From positions 478,479-542,478 of the forward strand of contig MEWB01000001.1 of assembly GCA_001773215.1 (NCBI GenBank): a stretch of 64,000 nucleotides of DNA, read 5' to 3'. Source of the stretch: a candidate division WWE3 bacterium RIFOXYC1_FULL_40_10. Its GTDB lineage: Bacteria > Patescibacteriota > WWE3 > UBA101185 > UBA10185. The position numbers and the translations under genes were made by a program. Of the stretch, positions 23,749 to 33,527 are shown one piece after another. The notes beneath the pieces were generated by a model. It searched no databases, was not told where the DNA came from, and saw only the letters and a program-made list of their open reading frames with translations. Within the stretch, counting starts at the first letter, position 1; each line of letters opens with the position of its first letter.

Positions 23749-26742
23749 TTACGCCCATTGAGTTAGGGCCTGTGCTGTGTAGGATTCCTTACACTTTCTG
23801 AGTCCGGGCAAATCCCCGCTATAGATGAGTTTGCCGCCCTCATCGCCTCCTTCGGGCCCCAGATCAATCACCCAGTCGCTATTAGAAATAACATCCAGAT
23901 TGTGCTCTATTACTAAAACTGTATTCCCACGCGCCGTCAACTTCTTAAAAATGGCAATCAAGTTCTCCAAATCGGCAAAGTGCAACCCAGTAGTAGGCTC
24001 ATCTAATATATACAACGTGCTTCCGGTTGATCTCTTACTTAACTCCAAAGCTAGTTTCACTCTTTGAGCCTCACCGCCCGACAAAGTTGGTGCTGGCTGA
24101 CCAAGTTTTATGTAGCCCAAGCCAACCTCCCACAAAGTTTCTATTTTTCTTTTTATGGCCGGCTGATTTTCAAAAAAACCCAGAGCCTCCTCAACAGTCA
24201 TGTCTAAAACCTCGGAAATATTTTTCCCCTTATATTCTATTTCCAATGCCTCACGGTTATATCTTTTTCCGCCGCAAACATCGCATTTAACATATACATC
24301 AGGCATGAATTGCATTTCTATTTTAATTTGGCCTTCACCTGAGCACGACTCACATCTCCCACCTTTTACGTTGAAACTAAATCTACCAGGGCCATATCCA
24401 CGAATCTTAGCCTCTTGCGTTTGAGCAAATAACTCACGAATATGATCAAATGTTTTTGTATAGGTAGCAGGATTAGACTTTGGAGTACGGCCAATCGGTG
24501 ATTGATCTATAGCTATTAAATTTGTGATATTTTCTATTCCAAGTAATTCTTTTATCGGTTCCGGCTTGTTTTCAATTTTCAATCCGAACATTTGGCGGAG
24601 AGTTTGATACAAGGAATCCATTACTAAAGTGGATTTCCCTGAGCCCGACACTCCTGTAACACAAACTAATTTACCCAAAGGAATTTCCACCGTTATATTC
24701 TTTAGGTTACGGCCCGATGCTTTTACGATTTTTAACGATTTTCCGGCTACTTTTTTCTTGTATCTCTCGTTTTCCGCCAAATCAATTAGCAGCTGTTCGT
24801 CCACTTCTTTTTTTCTAAATACATGCCCAACTTTCAGTTTTCGTGATAAGTACTTTCCAGTGAGTGATTCGGGGTTCTGCTTAATTTCTTCGGGGGTACC
24901 CTCGGCTATCACTCTGCCTCCGTGTTCCCCGGCACCCGGGCCAAAATCAAAGATATAATCACTCTCCAGCATCGTTTCTGTATCATGTTCAACAACCACC
25001 ACGCTATTACCCAAATCTCGCAGGTGATGGAGTGTTGCAATTAGTTTACTTTGGTCATTTTGATGTAAACCAATCGATGGCTCATCCAAGACATATAAAA
25101 CTCCCGAGAGTCCGGCTCCGATTTGGGAAGCTAACCTGATTCTTTGTGCCTCCCCTCCTGATAACTGCCCGGCATTCCTCGCCAATGTTAGGTAGGATAA
25201 CCCCACATCAAGTAAGAATTTAGTTCGATAGGCTATCTCCTTAAGCATTGTCCCTGCTATTTGCTTTTCTCTTTCGGTAAACCTTGCAGGTAAGTTTTTA
25301 ACCCATTCCGCAAAGTCTTTTATTGAAAGCTGAGATATATCGTTAATCGTTAAACTATCAATCACTACCGACAATGCCTCTTTGCTAAGACGCGCACCCT
25401 TGCAAACATCGCAGGGTTCATTGATCATGTACTTTTCAATTTCCTGACGAATGTAGTCTGAGTTGGTTTCCTTATATCTACGCATTAAATTTGGAATTAC
25501 GCCTTCGTATTTGGCATCATAGGTATGTTTACGTCCATGGACATTTGTATAGGTTACTCTAAATCGTTCTTTGCCCGGAACACCATGAAGCAAAATTTCA
25601 ACAGCCTTGCGTTCAAGATCCTTGATAGGCGTGTTTAAATCATAATTATAATTAGAAAATACAGTCTCGATCACTTGTTTAGTCCAGGTATTATGTTCAA
25701 ACATTCTCATCCAAGGCAAAACTCCGCCCTCTGAAACTGAAAGGCGGGGATTTAATAGTAAATCCTCTACTATTGTCTGCTGGATACCTAATCCGTCGCA
25801 TGCACTGCAGGCTCCATGAGGGGAGTTGAATGAAAATGTTCTTGGTTCAATATCCGACAAACTTATATTACAAACAGGGCATGAAAAGTTTTCCGAAAAT
25901 AGATGGTCGGTAAAATCTTTGGGGGTCTGGGTGAAATCAAACTCTTTATCGTTAACAATACTCAAAATTATCGCTCCTTCACTTAATCGCAAGGCCGACT
26001 CAACAGATTGATACACTGCACTTAGCAGAGATTTCTCCGACTCGGAATCTTTTATGCTTTTTCTGCTGACTATATGCCTTGATACTAGAGCCTCAATAGT
26101 ATGCTTGTTCGTTTTTATTAATGTAATATCTTTGGAGACATCTAATATGTTTCCGTCAACTCTCGCTCTCAAAATTCCTTTTTTTCTAAGATTCTCGAAT
26201 AAACCTGAGTACTCCCCTTTTCTATCTCGAACAACCGGAGAGAAAATCATAAACCTAACGCCCCTTTCGGTTGCAAAGTCCGGGTGCTCTTTTACGGTCT
26301 GCATCATTCCATTGGCAATTTCTTCAGAACTTTGTCTTTGTATCTCCCTTCCGCATTGTGGGCAATGCGGATGGCCTACACGAGCATATAATAATCTTAG
26401 GAAGTCGTATATCTCGGTAATAGTTCCAACAGTTGATCTGGGATTTTTGGAGGTCGTCTTTTGGTCAATAGCAATCGCGGGAGAAAGTCCTTCAATTTTA
26501 TCAACATCCGGCTTATCCATAACCCCCAAAAATTGTCTGGCGTAGGCAGATAAGCTTTCCACATATCGCCTCTGTCCTTCTGCATAAATAGTATCCATAG
26601 CTAAAGATGACTTGCCTGATCCTGACACGCCGGTAAAAACGACCATCTTATTTTTTGGAATATTAAGATCTATATTTTTTAAGTTATGCTGTCGAGCGCC
26701 TCGAACCAGAATATGTGTAATAGGTGTAACTTGGTCTGTCAT
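23749..26742 (-). CDS. uvrA: Excinuclease ABC subunit A
   Basis: Two ABC ATPase modules (GVSGSGKSSLA and GVSGSGKSTLV Walker A; LSGGEAQR signatures) and Zn-finger Cys clusters. 997 aa. Confidence 0.95.
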   Translation of the reverse strand: MTDQVTPITHILVRGARQHNLKNIDLNIPKNKMVVFTGVSGSGKSSLAMDTIYAEGQRRYVESLSAYARQFLGVMDKPDVDKIEGLSPAIAIDQKTTSKNPRSTVGTITEIYDFLRLLYARVGHPHCPQCGREIQRQSSEEIANGMMQTVKEHPDFATERGVRFMIFSPVVRDRKGEYSGLFENLRKKGILRARVDGNILDVSKDITLIKTNKHTIEALVSRHIVSRKSIKDSESEKSLLSAVYQSVESALRLSEGAIILSIVNDKEFDFTQTPKDFTDHLFSENFSCPVCNISLSDIEPRTFSFNSPHGACSACDGLGIQQTIVEDLLLNPRLSVSEGGVLPWMRMFEHNTWTKQVIETVFSNYNYDLNTPIKDLERKAVEILLHGVPGKERFRVTYTNVHGRKHTYDAKYEGVIPNLMRRYKETNSDYIRQEIEKYMINEPCDVCKGARLSKEALSVVIDSLTINDISQLSIKDFAEWVKNLPARFTEREKQIAGTMLKEIAYRTKFLLDVGLSYLTLARNAGQLSGGEAQRIRLASQIGAGLSGVLYVLDEPSIGLHQNDQSKLIATLHHLRDLGNSVVVVEHDTETMLESDYIFDFGPGAGEHGGRVIAEGTPEEIKQNPESLTGKYLSRKLKVGHVFRKKEVDEQLLIDLAENERYKKKVAGKSLKIVKASGRNLKNITVEIPLGKLVCVTGVSGSGKSTLVMDSLYQTLRQMFGLKIENKPEPIKELLGIENITNLIAIDQSPIGRTPKSNPATYTKTFDHIRELFAQTQEAKIRGYGPGRFSFNVKGGRCESCSGEGQIKIEMQFMPDVYVKCDVCGGKRYNREALEIEYKGKNISEVLDMTVEEALGFFENQPAIKRKIETLWEVGLGYIKLGQPAPTLSGGEAQRVKLALELSKRSTGSTLYILDEPTTGLHFADLENLIAIFKKLTARGNTVLVIEHNLDVISNSDWVIDLGPEGGDEGGKLIYSGDLPGLRKCKESYTAQALTQWA

Positions 26743-26767
26743 ATAGTTATAAAGTCAAACGAACTAC

Positions 26768-26796
26768 ATTATACAAAGGTGTCAACATATTGTCTA
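26768..26796 (-). promoter_or_regulatory. Putative sigma70-type promoter of uvrA (-35 TAGACA, 17-nt spacer, extended -10 TGTATAAT)
   Basis: Read on the minus strand ~25 nt upstream of the uvrA ATG. Followed by GTAGTTCG, a motif also present directly upstream of uvrC. Confidence 0.4.
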
Positions 26797-26821
26797 CGGG
26801 TTTTATTTGGGTAATAAATAT

Positions 26822-26849
26822 CCCGGAATGCAACGATAGTGCATCCGGG
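26822..26849 (-). terminator. Imperfect hairpin (CCCGGA(A)TGCA / TGCATCCGGG) downstream of the Zn-finger gene and upstream of the uvrA promoter; terminator or operator
   Basis: 10-bp stem with one bulge and a 7-nt loop, followed on the minus strand by TATTTATT. Confidence 0.35.
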
Positions 26850-26856
26850 ATTGTTT

Positions 26857-27051
26857 TCACTCATACTTACTTCCTTCCAACATCCACTCTTTCACCCCTC
26901 TTCGTCCCTTTAGTTTCAATTTTTTAGGCAATTTCCCGTGATGACATAGAATGTGAAAAACCAGATCTTTATCTGTGCGTGCACGGCTGTTACAAAAAGG
27001 ACACTTGAACTTCCCCTTTAAACCAACTCTAAAAGGACGCCTTGCATTCAT
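26857..27051 (-). CDS. Small basic C2H2-type zinc-finger-like protein (64 aa)
   Basis: CPFC-x12-HILCHH matches C-x2-C-x12-H-x3-H. Lys/Arg-rich. AGGAG RBS 8 nt upstream of the ATG. Confidence 0.55.
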   Translation of the reverse strand: MNARRPFRVGLKGKFKCPFCNSRARTDKDLVFHILCHHGKLPKKLKLKGRRGVKEWMLEGSKYE

Positions 27052-27124
27052 GGTTGCTGCTCCTTATTGATGGTATGTATTACTAATATAAATATAGTTG
27101 TTCAAAAAGGAAATGTCACCAAAT

Positions 27125-29221
27125 TCAATCCTTGTCTTTATCTTCTTTCTTCTCTTTGTCTTCGTCTTTTTTGTCTTCCACAGGCTTGGGACATATCGTT
27201 TGAGGTACCACACTGCCTTTAATAAAAAATTCGGATCTGTTTCCACACTGAGGATAAAGTTTCGCAAACACGTTATCCGGCATTTCCATTTTTTCATTCT
27301 CGCTTCCTTTTTGATCTAAAACATAAGCAAATATTTTGTGCCACAAGGGAGCTGCCCCACTTATCCCTGAGGCAAGGTATTGGTTCATAGGGCTGTTATC
27401 GTTGTTTCCCACCCAAACTCCCACAACATACTGAGGTGTGTACCCCATCGTCCAGTTATCCCTTTTAGAATCAGTCGTCCCTGTTTTTGCAGCAACTGTG
27501 TGGCCAGGAAAGCTTAGATAATGCTGAGTACCAAATGCTGGTATACGAGAGAAATTATCACTTAAAATACTCCATATTAAATAACAAACATCAGCACCCA
27601 ATACTCTCTTTTCTGTCTTTGGTATATTATCGTAAATTTCATACCCCTTTGAATCCTTTACCGACAAATAGGGCTTTAGCTCTTTTGCTACTCCTCCTCT
27701 GGCTAATGTGGCGAATAGGTTTGTGTGATCTACAAGCCTAACCTCTTCGCCCCCCAGTGTAACGGAAAGCCCGTAAGCATCTGAAGGATCCCAGTTTGTT
27801 AGACCCATGTCTTTGCCTTTTTGTACTATATTTTCGGCTCCCACATCGCGCGCCAGCCTAACGGCCGGAATGTTGTATGAGTTGGCAAGAGCGCTTCTTA
27901 GGGTCACGTTGCCATGGTAACGATTATCGTAATTTTTAGGTGAATAGGCTTCTGATCCCGGAACCTGAAACGTAACCGGAGTATCTTTTATGATCGAGGC
28001 GGGTGTGTACTTCCCCGATAAAGCCAGGGCATAGGTAACGGGCTTTATCGAAGAGCCCGGCTGGCGGTAGGCAGAAGCCACATCAAATGCTCCCCACCCT
28101 GCCCTGTAATAGTCTACCGATCCGACATAAGCCAGAATTTCAGAGTTTTTTACGTCCATAACAACAGCGGCACCATTTGTGATATTTAGTTTCAAGTTGG
28201 CCGCTATCTCTTCCTTTACAATCTGCTGAACTTGTTCCTGTAAATCGAGATCTAGAGTTGTGGTTACTGTTAGTCCTCCCAAATCAACATATCTTTTCCC
28301 ATATTTACTTTCTAAATCTCTTCTTACAAAATCTACAAAATGAGGGGCTCTAAGGTAGGAGATTTCGTCCACAAAAGTAAGATTTTCAGCTAAGGCAACT
28401 TCCTCCTCGGCTTGCGTCAAGTAACCAACCTCAACCATCCTGTCCAGCACATGTTGTTGCCGTATTTTTGCTATATCAGGCTCAGTTATCGGAGAGTAGG
28501 CTGACGGAGCTGTTGGCAACCCGGCCAGCATTGCTGCCTCGGCTAAACTTAACTCCCAAACATCCTTTCCGTAATATCTATGGGATGCCGCTTGTATACC
28601 CCACGATGTCCCTCCATAAGGGATATTATTTAAATACATCTCAAGTATTTCGTCTTTTGAGTACTTTGTTTCAACAAGCAAAGCTAATGCTACCTCTTTA
28701 AGCTTTCGCTCCAGGGTCCTATCGGTTGATAAAAGGGCATTTTTTATTAATTGTTGGGTTACAGTCGACCCGCCTTGGAAGGATTCTTTTGTAATAATTT
28801 TAAAAGCAGCTCTTATCATACCTTTAACGCTAATACCGGGATGATTGTAAAAATCTTCATCCTCAACAGCCAAAGTAGCTTTTATTACATGTTCGGGTAC
28901 CTGGTCTAGCTTTACAGGCTCAAATTTTTTATCAACAAATATTTCATACAGCAAAACTCCCTTTCTATCTAATATTCTTGTTGGTTTTTGGGAAGCTGCC
29001 ACAATCAGCAACTCGGGATTTGGGAGCTCTTTCCACCATTGCCAAACAACATAGGGCGCCATAACAATCACTAAGGCTGAAATAAACCCTAAAACATAAA
29101 TAAGGTAAAATTTAAAAACTCGCCCGCCTATTATCCTTATTTCAACAAACAGCCAAGATATAAGCAGAAAAGTTTTTTGCATTCGGAATTTGGGTGATGT
29201 GCGGAATATAGGTACTTGCAT
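27125..29221 (-). CDS. Class A penicillin-binding protein (bifunctional transglycosylase/transpeptidase, PBP1A-type) with a Lys/Asp/Glu-rich C-terminal tail
   Basis: GT51 motifs EDEDFYNHPG, GGSTVTQQLIKN and RKLKE. Transpeptidase motifs SxxK, SxN and KTG present (e.g. KTGTT). N-terminal TM. The ORF-track start at 29449 is probably too far upstream; the start is uncertain between 29182 and 29221. Tail KKDEDKEKKEDKDKD. Confidence 0.85.
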   Translation of the reverse strand: MQVPIFRTSPKFRMQKTFLLISWLFVEIRIIGGRVFKFYLIYVLGFISALVIVMAPYVVWQWWKELPNPELLIVAASQKPTRILDRKGVLLYEIFVDKKFEPVKLDQVPEHVIKATLAVEDEDFYNHPGISVKGMIRAAFKIITKESFQGGSTVTQQLIKNALLSTDRTLERKLKEVALALLVETKYSKDEILEMYLNNIPYGGTSWGIQAASHRYYGKDVWELSLAEAAMLAGLPTAPSAYSPITEPDIAKIRQQHVLDRMVEVGYLTQAEEEVALAENLTFVDEISYLRAPHFVDFVRRDLESKYGKRYVDLGGLTVTTTLDLDLQEQVQQIVKEEIAANLKLNITNGAAVVMDVKNSEILAYVGSVDYYRAGWGAFDVASAYRQPGSSIKPVTYALALSGKYTPASIIKDTPVTFQVPGSEAYSPKNYDNRYHGNVTLRSALANSYNIPAVRLARDVGAENIVQKGKDMGLTNWDPSDAYGLSVTLGGEEVRLVDHTNLFATLARGGVAKELKPYLSVKDSKGYEIYDNIPKTEKRVLGADVCYLIWSILSDNFSRIPAFGTQHYLSFPGHTVAAKTGTTDSKRDNWTMGYTPQYVVGVWVGNNDNSPMNQYLASGISGAAPLWHKIFAYVLDQKGSENEKMEMPDNVFAKLYPQCGNRSEFFIKGSVVPQTICPKPVEDKKDEDKEKKEDKDKD

Positions 29222-29515
29222 CGGCTTCTTAACATGCTTTATTTTCGGGAGTACCAGTTTGCTTTTGATCTTGCTAAGCCTTCCAAGAAATCTACCAAAC
29301 TCAAGTAACAAACCGGATTTTAGGGAGTGTAATGCGGGGCTAATATTTGGCTTAATACGGGATATTTTTGCAAAAATAAAGGGAAGTCCCTTTTCAAAGG
29401 GAAACAAGACTAACCTGCCAATTTTTATTAATAGAATAAGGAGAAACATTGGCGGGATTATATTCTAAAGGAAAAAAATGGGCAAGGCCTAATAAAAGCA
29501 CCTTGCCCGGTAAAT

Positions 29516-30382
29516 CTATTCAAGATATTCACAAGCCAGTTTGAACTCTTTCTTTAGAAGACCTGCTTTGATCAACCGGTCTACCAACCCAAGGAATTCC
29601 TTAAACGCCTCGGGGATACCCTTCAAAAGGACCATCAAACTTTTAAAGCTTTCGATCTGTTCTTTAGTCCTTTTCCCATCCTCGCCAGAACCCAAGAAAT
29701 AACCGTTCCAAAGCTCAAAGGCTCCTGGACAGGACTGCAGGAAAGCAATTAACTCCTGCACGACTTTAGTTTCCATCTCTTCCGCTTTTGCCTGTTCCAA
29801 TTCTTCAGGAGTGTCGACCATGTAGGTGTCCATATCCTGCTGAAGATCCCATTCCTCCTTGGTGATGTTAAAAATCAAACCAAGCCCTTGCTTGTATTCC
29901 CCGATGATCCCCCAGTCAGAGGTGAGATACATAAAATCCCATCTCCCGGGACCCTGGGGTTTAGCCATATTGACTGGATCATATATAAGTTGCCGGGCCT
30001 GACCCTGTTCTCGCCCAAAGAAATCCGGCGAGTTGGCAAGCCCAAGTGCCAATTCATACACCTCCTTATTTTCTTCAGGAACCAGGTTACGAATTGACTC
30101 AAAGTATTCTATCCAAATTATTGCGGATGCCTCCTGTGACAAGTCATCGCCTGTTGCCCTTTTTGGAGGAGTTATGTCTGCTCCCTTATATGGGGTCAAA
30201 AACTCGGCCACATATTCTGCTACATCCTCGCTGACAAGCACTTTCTTCAGCCCCTTCTTGGTTAAATCTTTACCAAGCAAGCCTTCGATCAGCGACCTCT
30301 CCTCCAAGCTCAATCGAGGTATCCATTTTTCGATTTTTGCCCGTAGTGTTGCACTCAAAGGCTTTCCTGTAATCTGATTCAT
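29516..30382 (-). CDS. Hypothetical acidic cytoplasmic protein (288 aa), GC-rich
   Basis: GGAGGA RBS 5 nt upstream of the ATG. N-terminal IPRLSLEERSLIEG weakly resembles the LPRFPVREDSLTLIG motif of the small GC-rich proteins. Confidence 0.55.
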   Translation of the reverse strand: MNQITGKPLSATLRAKIEKWIPRLSLEERSLIEGLLGKDLTKKGLKKVLVSEDVAEYVAEFLTPYKGADITPPKRATGDDLSQEASAIIWIEYFESIRNLVPEENKEVYELALGLANSPDFFGREQGQARQLIYDPVNMAKPQGPGRWDFMYLTSDWGIIGEYKQGLGLIFNITKEEWDLQQDMDTYMVDTPEELEQAKAEEMETKVVQELIAFLQSCPGAFELWNGYFLGSGEDGKRTKEQIESFKSLMVLLKGIPEAFKEFLGLVDRLIKAGLLKKEFKLACEYLE

Positions 30383-30474
30383 TTTATCCTCCTCTAGGAT
30401 ACTTATTAAGTAATCGGATTAATTATATTTGCGGGCATTATATCTCAAAAACGGTGTTACGTCAACCTATAGTC

Positions 30475-32475
30475 TTATAGAAGAGCACGCATTTTTTTGA
30501 TTTTATCTCTTAACTTGGCGGCTTCTTCAAAGTTAAGCACCTCTGCCTCGTATTTCATCATCTGCTCAAGCTTTTTTATTTCCCGTTTAAGTTCTGTTGG
30601 AGGTAACACAGAATAATCAACCTCCAAAGCTTTTCTTACTTTAACTTCATCACTCTGTTCATCTTCGGGTAAATCCTCAATAATCTTATCTCTAAACGGT
30701 TTCGTTATCTGAACAGGAGTAATTCCATGCTCCTTGTTATAAATTAACTGCTTTTCGCGACGACGGTCAACCTCTTCAATGGCCTCCTTCATACTGTCCG
30801 TAAAGTTGTCAGCATACATTACTACCCTACCGGATATATGCCTGGCGGCTCTACCCATAATCTGAATTAAGGAGGATCGTGATCTCAAAAAACCTTCCTT
30901 GTCAGCATCCAAGATTGCTACCAAAGAAACCTCCGGCAGATCTAGTCCTTCTCTTAAAAGATTTATCCCAACCAACACATCATAATTACCTTTTCTAAGG
31001 TCATCCAAAACATTGGTTCTTTCCAGAGTATCGATGTCGGAATGCAAATAAGTTACCTTTAGCCCTTTTTCCTTTAAATATCCCGATAGCTCCTCAGCCA
31101 TCCGTTTGGTCAAAGTCGTAACTAATGCACGCTGACCTTTAGCTATCAAGCCCTGCAATTTATTAAATAAATCCTCTATCTGTCCTTTTGTGGGTAATAC
31201 TTCTATCTGAGGATCAATAATTCCTGTAGGCCTAATTAAAATTTCCGCAACTTGTCCTTTTGCTTTTGTAAGTTCATATTCACTAGGAGTGGCGCTAACA
31301 TAAATAGCTTGAGTTACCCTTTGCATAAATTCGGTAAAATTCAAAGGTCTGTTATCTAACGCCGAAGGCAGTCTAAAACCGTATTCAATCAGTGTTTGTT
31401 TTCTGGCCTGATCACCGTTAAACATCCCTCTAACCTGAGGGAGAGTTATATGCGATTCATCAATAACAAGCAAAAAGTTTTTGGCAAAAAAGTCCATTAA
31501 AGTATAAGGTGGTTCCCCCGGCTTTCGGCCATCGAAGTATCTCGAATAATTTTCTATGCCTTTGCAATAACCTATCTCGTTGATCATCTCAATATCATGC
31601 AAAGTTCTTTGCTGAAGGCGGTAAGGCTCTACAATTCGCCCCCGCGATTTCATGTCTGCAATTCTTGCTTGCAAGTCCACGGAAATTTGCTCTAAAGCTG
31701 TTTTTCGGGTAGCCTCCGGTGTGATGTAGTGCTTTGCAGGATAAATCACTACTAACTCTGAGTTGTTGACACCTTTTGGAACCGCGCTTTCGCCTGAAAT
31801 AGGATTAAAGTAAGATATTCCCACCAAAGTATCAGCCAAAAACTCTAATCTTACCGCGTATTCCTCGTATGCAAAAAAAACATCGATAACATCCCCCACA
31901 ACCCTATACGCACCCCTCTTAAAATCGAAGTCATTTCTACTATATTGAACCTGAGTTAGCCGTTTCATCAAATCAACCGGGCGAAGACGCATACCCCGGC
32001 GGATTTCTACGGCAACTCGTTCGTATTCAGCCGGAGAACCCAAATTATAGATACACGAGACAGAAGCGATGACAATTACATCTTTCCGTGTCATTAGAGA
32101 AGTGGTCGTTGAAAGGCGCAATCTATCTATTTTTTCATTTATATCTGAATCCTTTTCGATATAAGTGTCGGTAGCGGGGATATAACTTTCCGGTTGGAAA
32201 TAGTCGTAATAGCTGACAAAATATTCAACGGCATTTTCAGGGAAGAACTCATGCAACTCTTGGTAATTTTGGGCTGCCAAAGTTTTATTGTGACACAAAA
32301 TTAGTGTAGGTCGCTGAGTTTGGGCTATAACATTTGCAATAGAAAAAGTTTTGCCGCTCCCGGTAACTCCCAGTAACACTTGGTCTTTTACCCCGCTATT
32401 CAATCCGGCTACCAACTGCTCAATAGCCCGCGGCTGATCCCCTGTTGGTTTGTAACTGGATTTTAATTTGAACAT
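30475..32475 (-). CDS. uvrB: Excinuclease ABC subunit B
   Basis: N-terminal helicase motif LLGVTGSGKTF, DESH box and C-terminal UVR coiled-coil (EEAAKLRDKIKKM). 666 aa. Confidence 0.95.
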   Translation of the reverse strand: MFKLKSSYKPTGDQPRAIEQLVAGLNSGVKDQVLLGVTGSGKTFSIANVIAQTQRPTLILCHNKTLAAQNYQELHEFFPENAVEYFVSYYDYFQPESYIPATDTYIEKDSDINEKIDRLRLSTTTSLMTRKDVIVIASVSCIYNLGSPAEYERVAVEIRRGMRLRPVDLMKRLTQVQYSRNDFDFKRGAYRVVGDVIDVFFAYEEYAVRLEFLADTLVGISYFNPISGESAVPKGVNNSELVVIYPAKHYITPEATRKTALEQISVDLQARIADMKSRGRIVEPYRLQQRTLHDIEMINEIGYCKGIENYSRYFDGRKPGEPPYTLMDFFAKNFLLVIDESHITLPQVRGMFNGDQARKQTLIEYGFRLPSALDNRPLNFTEFMQRVTQAIYVSATPSEYELTKAKGQVAEILIRPTGIIDPQIEVLPTKGQIEDLFNKLQGLIAKGQRALVTTLTKRMAEELSGYLKEKGLKVTYLHSDIDTLERTNVLDDLRKGNYDVLVGINLLREGLDLPEVSLVAILDADKEGFLRSRSSLIQIMGRAARHISGRVVMYADNFTDSMKEAIEEVDRRREKQLIYNKEHGITPVQITKPFRDKIIEDLPEDEQSDEVKVRKALEVDYSVLPPTELKREIKKLEQMMKYEAEVLNFEEAAKLRDKIKKMRALL

Positions 32476-32575
32476 AACAAACTAAGTTTATCATAGTTTT
32501 GGGTTTTATTTGGTATATTGAATTCTATCGCAAGTGGGTTATCATTTATCAAAACACGATTGAAAGGAGATGACT

Positions 32576-33010
32576 ATGAGTATCTTTAAGATTGGTAAAT
32601 GCTACTCTGCAATTCGAGACGGGGTTTTGCTTGCACCATTTTATGGGCACCAGTCTCCGGTCCTAAAAAGTGGTGACTTGGTACTCGTAACCGGTACTCG
32701 AGGTATGGAACCCGGCTGGTCGGGAACAATCGTAAGAGGAAACAACTGTAATAAGGACGTCACCTTATATGGAAGTGACGGAAACAACTTCGTGGAACAT
32801 AAACTTGAAGATGGTGGCATGTATCGGCTAACTTCCGTAGTCACAGGACACAAGATCGGGCCCACAGCAGATTCCGAGCCAATCCGAGATGTCGTTTTTA
32901 CATTCATATCGCTGGTAGGTATCCGAGGATTTTGGACTTTAATAGAAATCGATAAAATCCGATACTACATCGCATCCGAAGACCTGGGAATACAATTTGA
33001 AAAGGTTTAG
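32576..33010 (+). CDS. Hypothetical beta-rich small protein (~144 aa)
   Basis: AGGAG RBS. The second ATG was chosen because the first has zero spacer. GDLVLVTGTRG motif. Confidence 0.5.
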   Translation: MSIFKIGKCYSAIRDGVLLAPFYGHQSPVLKSGDLVLVTGTRGMEPGWSGTIVRGNNCNKDVTLYGSDGNNFVEHKLEDGGMYRLTSVVTGHKIGPTADSEPIRDVVFTFISLVGIRGFWTLIEIDKIRYYIASEDLGIQFEKV

Positions 33011-33066
33011 ACCTTGCTAAATAAATTCAAGTAACCTATAATACGTATGCCTAACTGGAGGAGTAA

Positions 33067-33396
33067 ATGGACCCCTATCAGATTGAGAATGAAAACAATA
33101 ATACGTACATCCTCAAGCTAATAACTCCGACTACTTTCACAAAAAGAGACGGAACTAAGGTGTATTTAACACCAGGAATCGAGCTCCGAGTCCAAAAGTG
33201 CTGGCCATCTGGGGAGGCGCCTGAGAAACCGACTTGCTGGAAAACTTTCGACTGGCCAATTGTCCAGGTTGTAGTACATACCGGAGCATACAAGGGCACA
33301 GAGTTTGGAATTAACCCTGAATGTCTTGGAAAGTACACATTAAGCAGAGTGATACCCATCCAAATCCAAAAAGCGGAACAATTAAGAATGTTCTAA
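33067..33396 (+). CDS. Hypothetical small Cys-containing protein (109 aa), small GC-rich family member
   Basis: GGAGG RBS. YQIENENNNTYILKLITPT...WPIVQVVVHTG aligns position-for-position with 49046..49288 at Y, I, N, ITP and PxΦΦVΦxTG. Confidence 0.5.
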   Translation: MDPYQIENENNNTYILKLITPTTFTKRDGTKVYLTPGIELRVQKCWPSGEAPEKPTCWKTFDWPIVQVVVHTGAYKGTEFGINPECLGKYTLSRVIPIQIQKAEQLRMF

Positions 33397-33401
33397 CCAA
33401 T

Positions 33402-33434
33402 AAGACCAAGAAAACACTTCTTGGTCTTTTTTTC
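33402..33434 (+). terminator. Rho-independent terminator after the two small genes, upstream of lexA
   Basis: Perfect 11-bp stem AAGACCAAGAA/TTCTTGGTCTT, 5-nt loop, then TTTTTTT. Confidence 0.75.
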
Positions 33435-33527
33435 ATATAAATTCACACTTGACATGTTCGGGTATTATTCGCTACCATAGAAATACCGAAAAGTACTAAT
33501 TTCTGCCATGCAGAGTAAGGATCAAAC

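Noticed and set aside
27064-27297. 77-aa minus-strand ORF at the 3' end of the PBP1A gene (Lys-rich)
   Set aside because: It is an out-of-frame reading of the KD-rich tail of PBP1A. There is no independent start signal.
33440-33480. Possible LexA/SOS box (TTGACATGTTCG) upstream of lexA
   Set aside because: It is neither a clean CTGT-N8-ACAG nor a GAAC-N4-GTTC palindrome. Similar sequences upstream of uvrA, uvrB and uvrC could not be aligned convincingly, so it is kept only as a note inside the NER/SOS neighbourhood finding.
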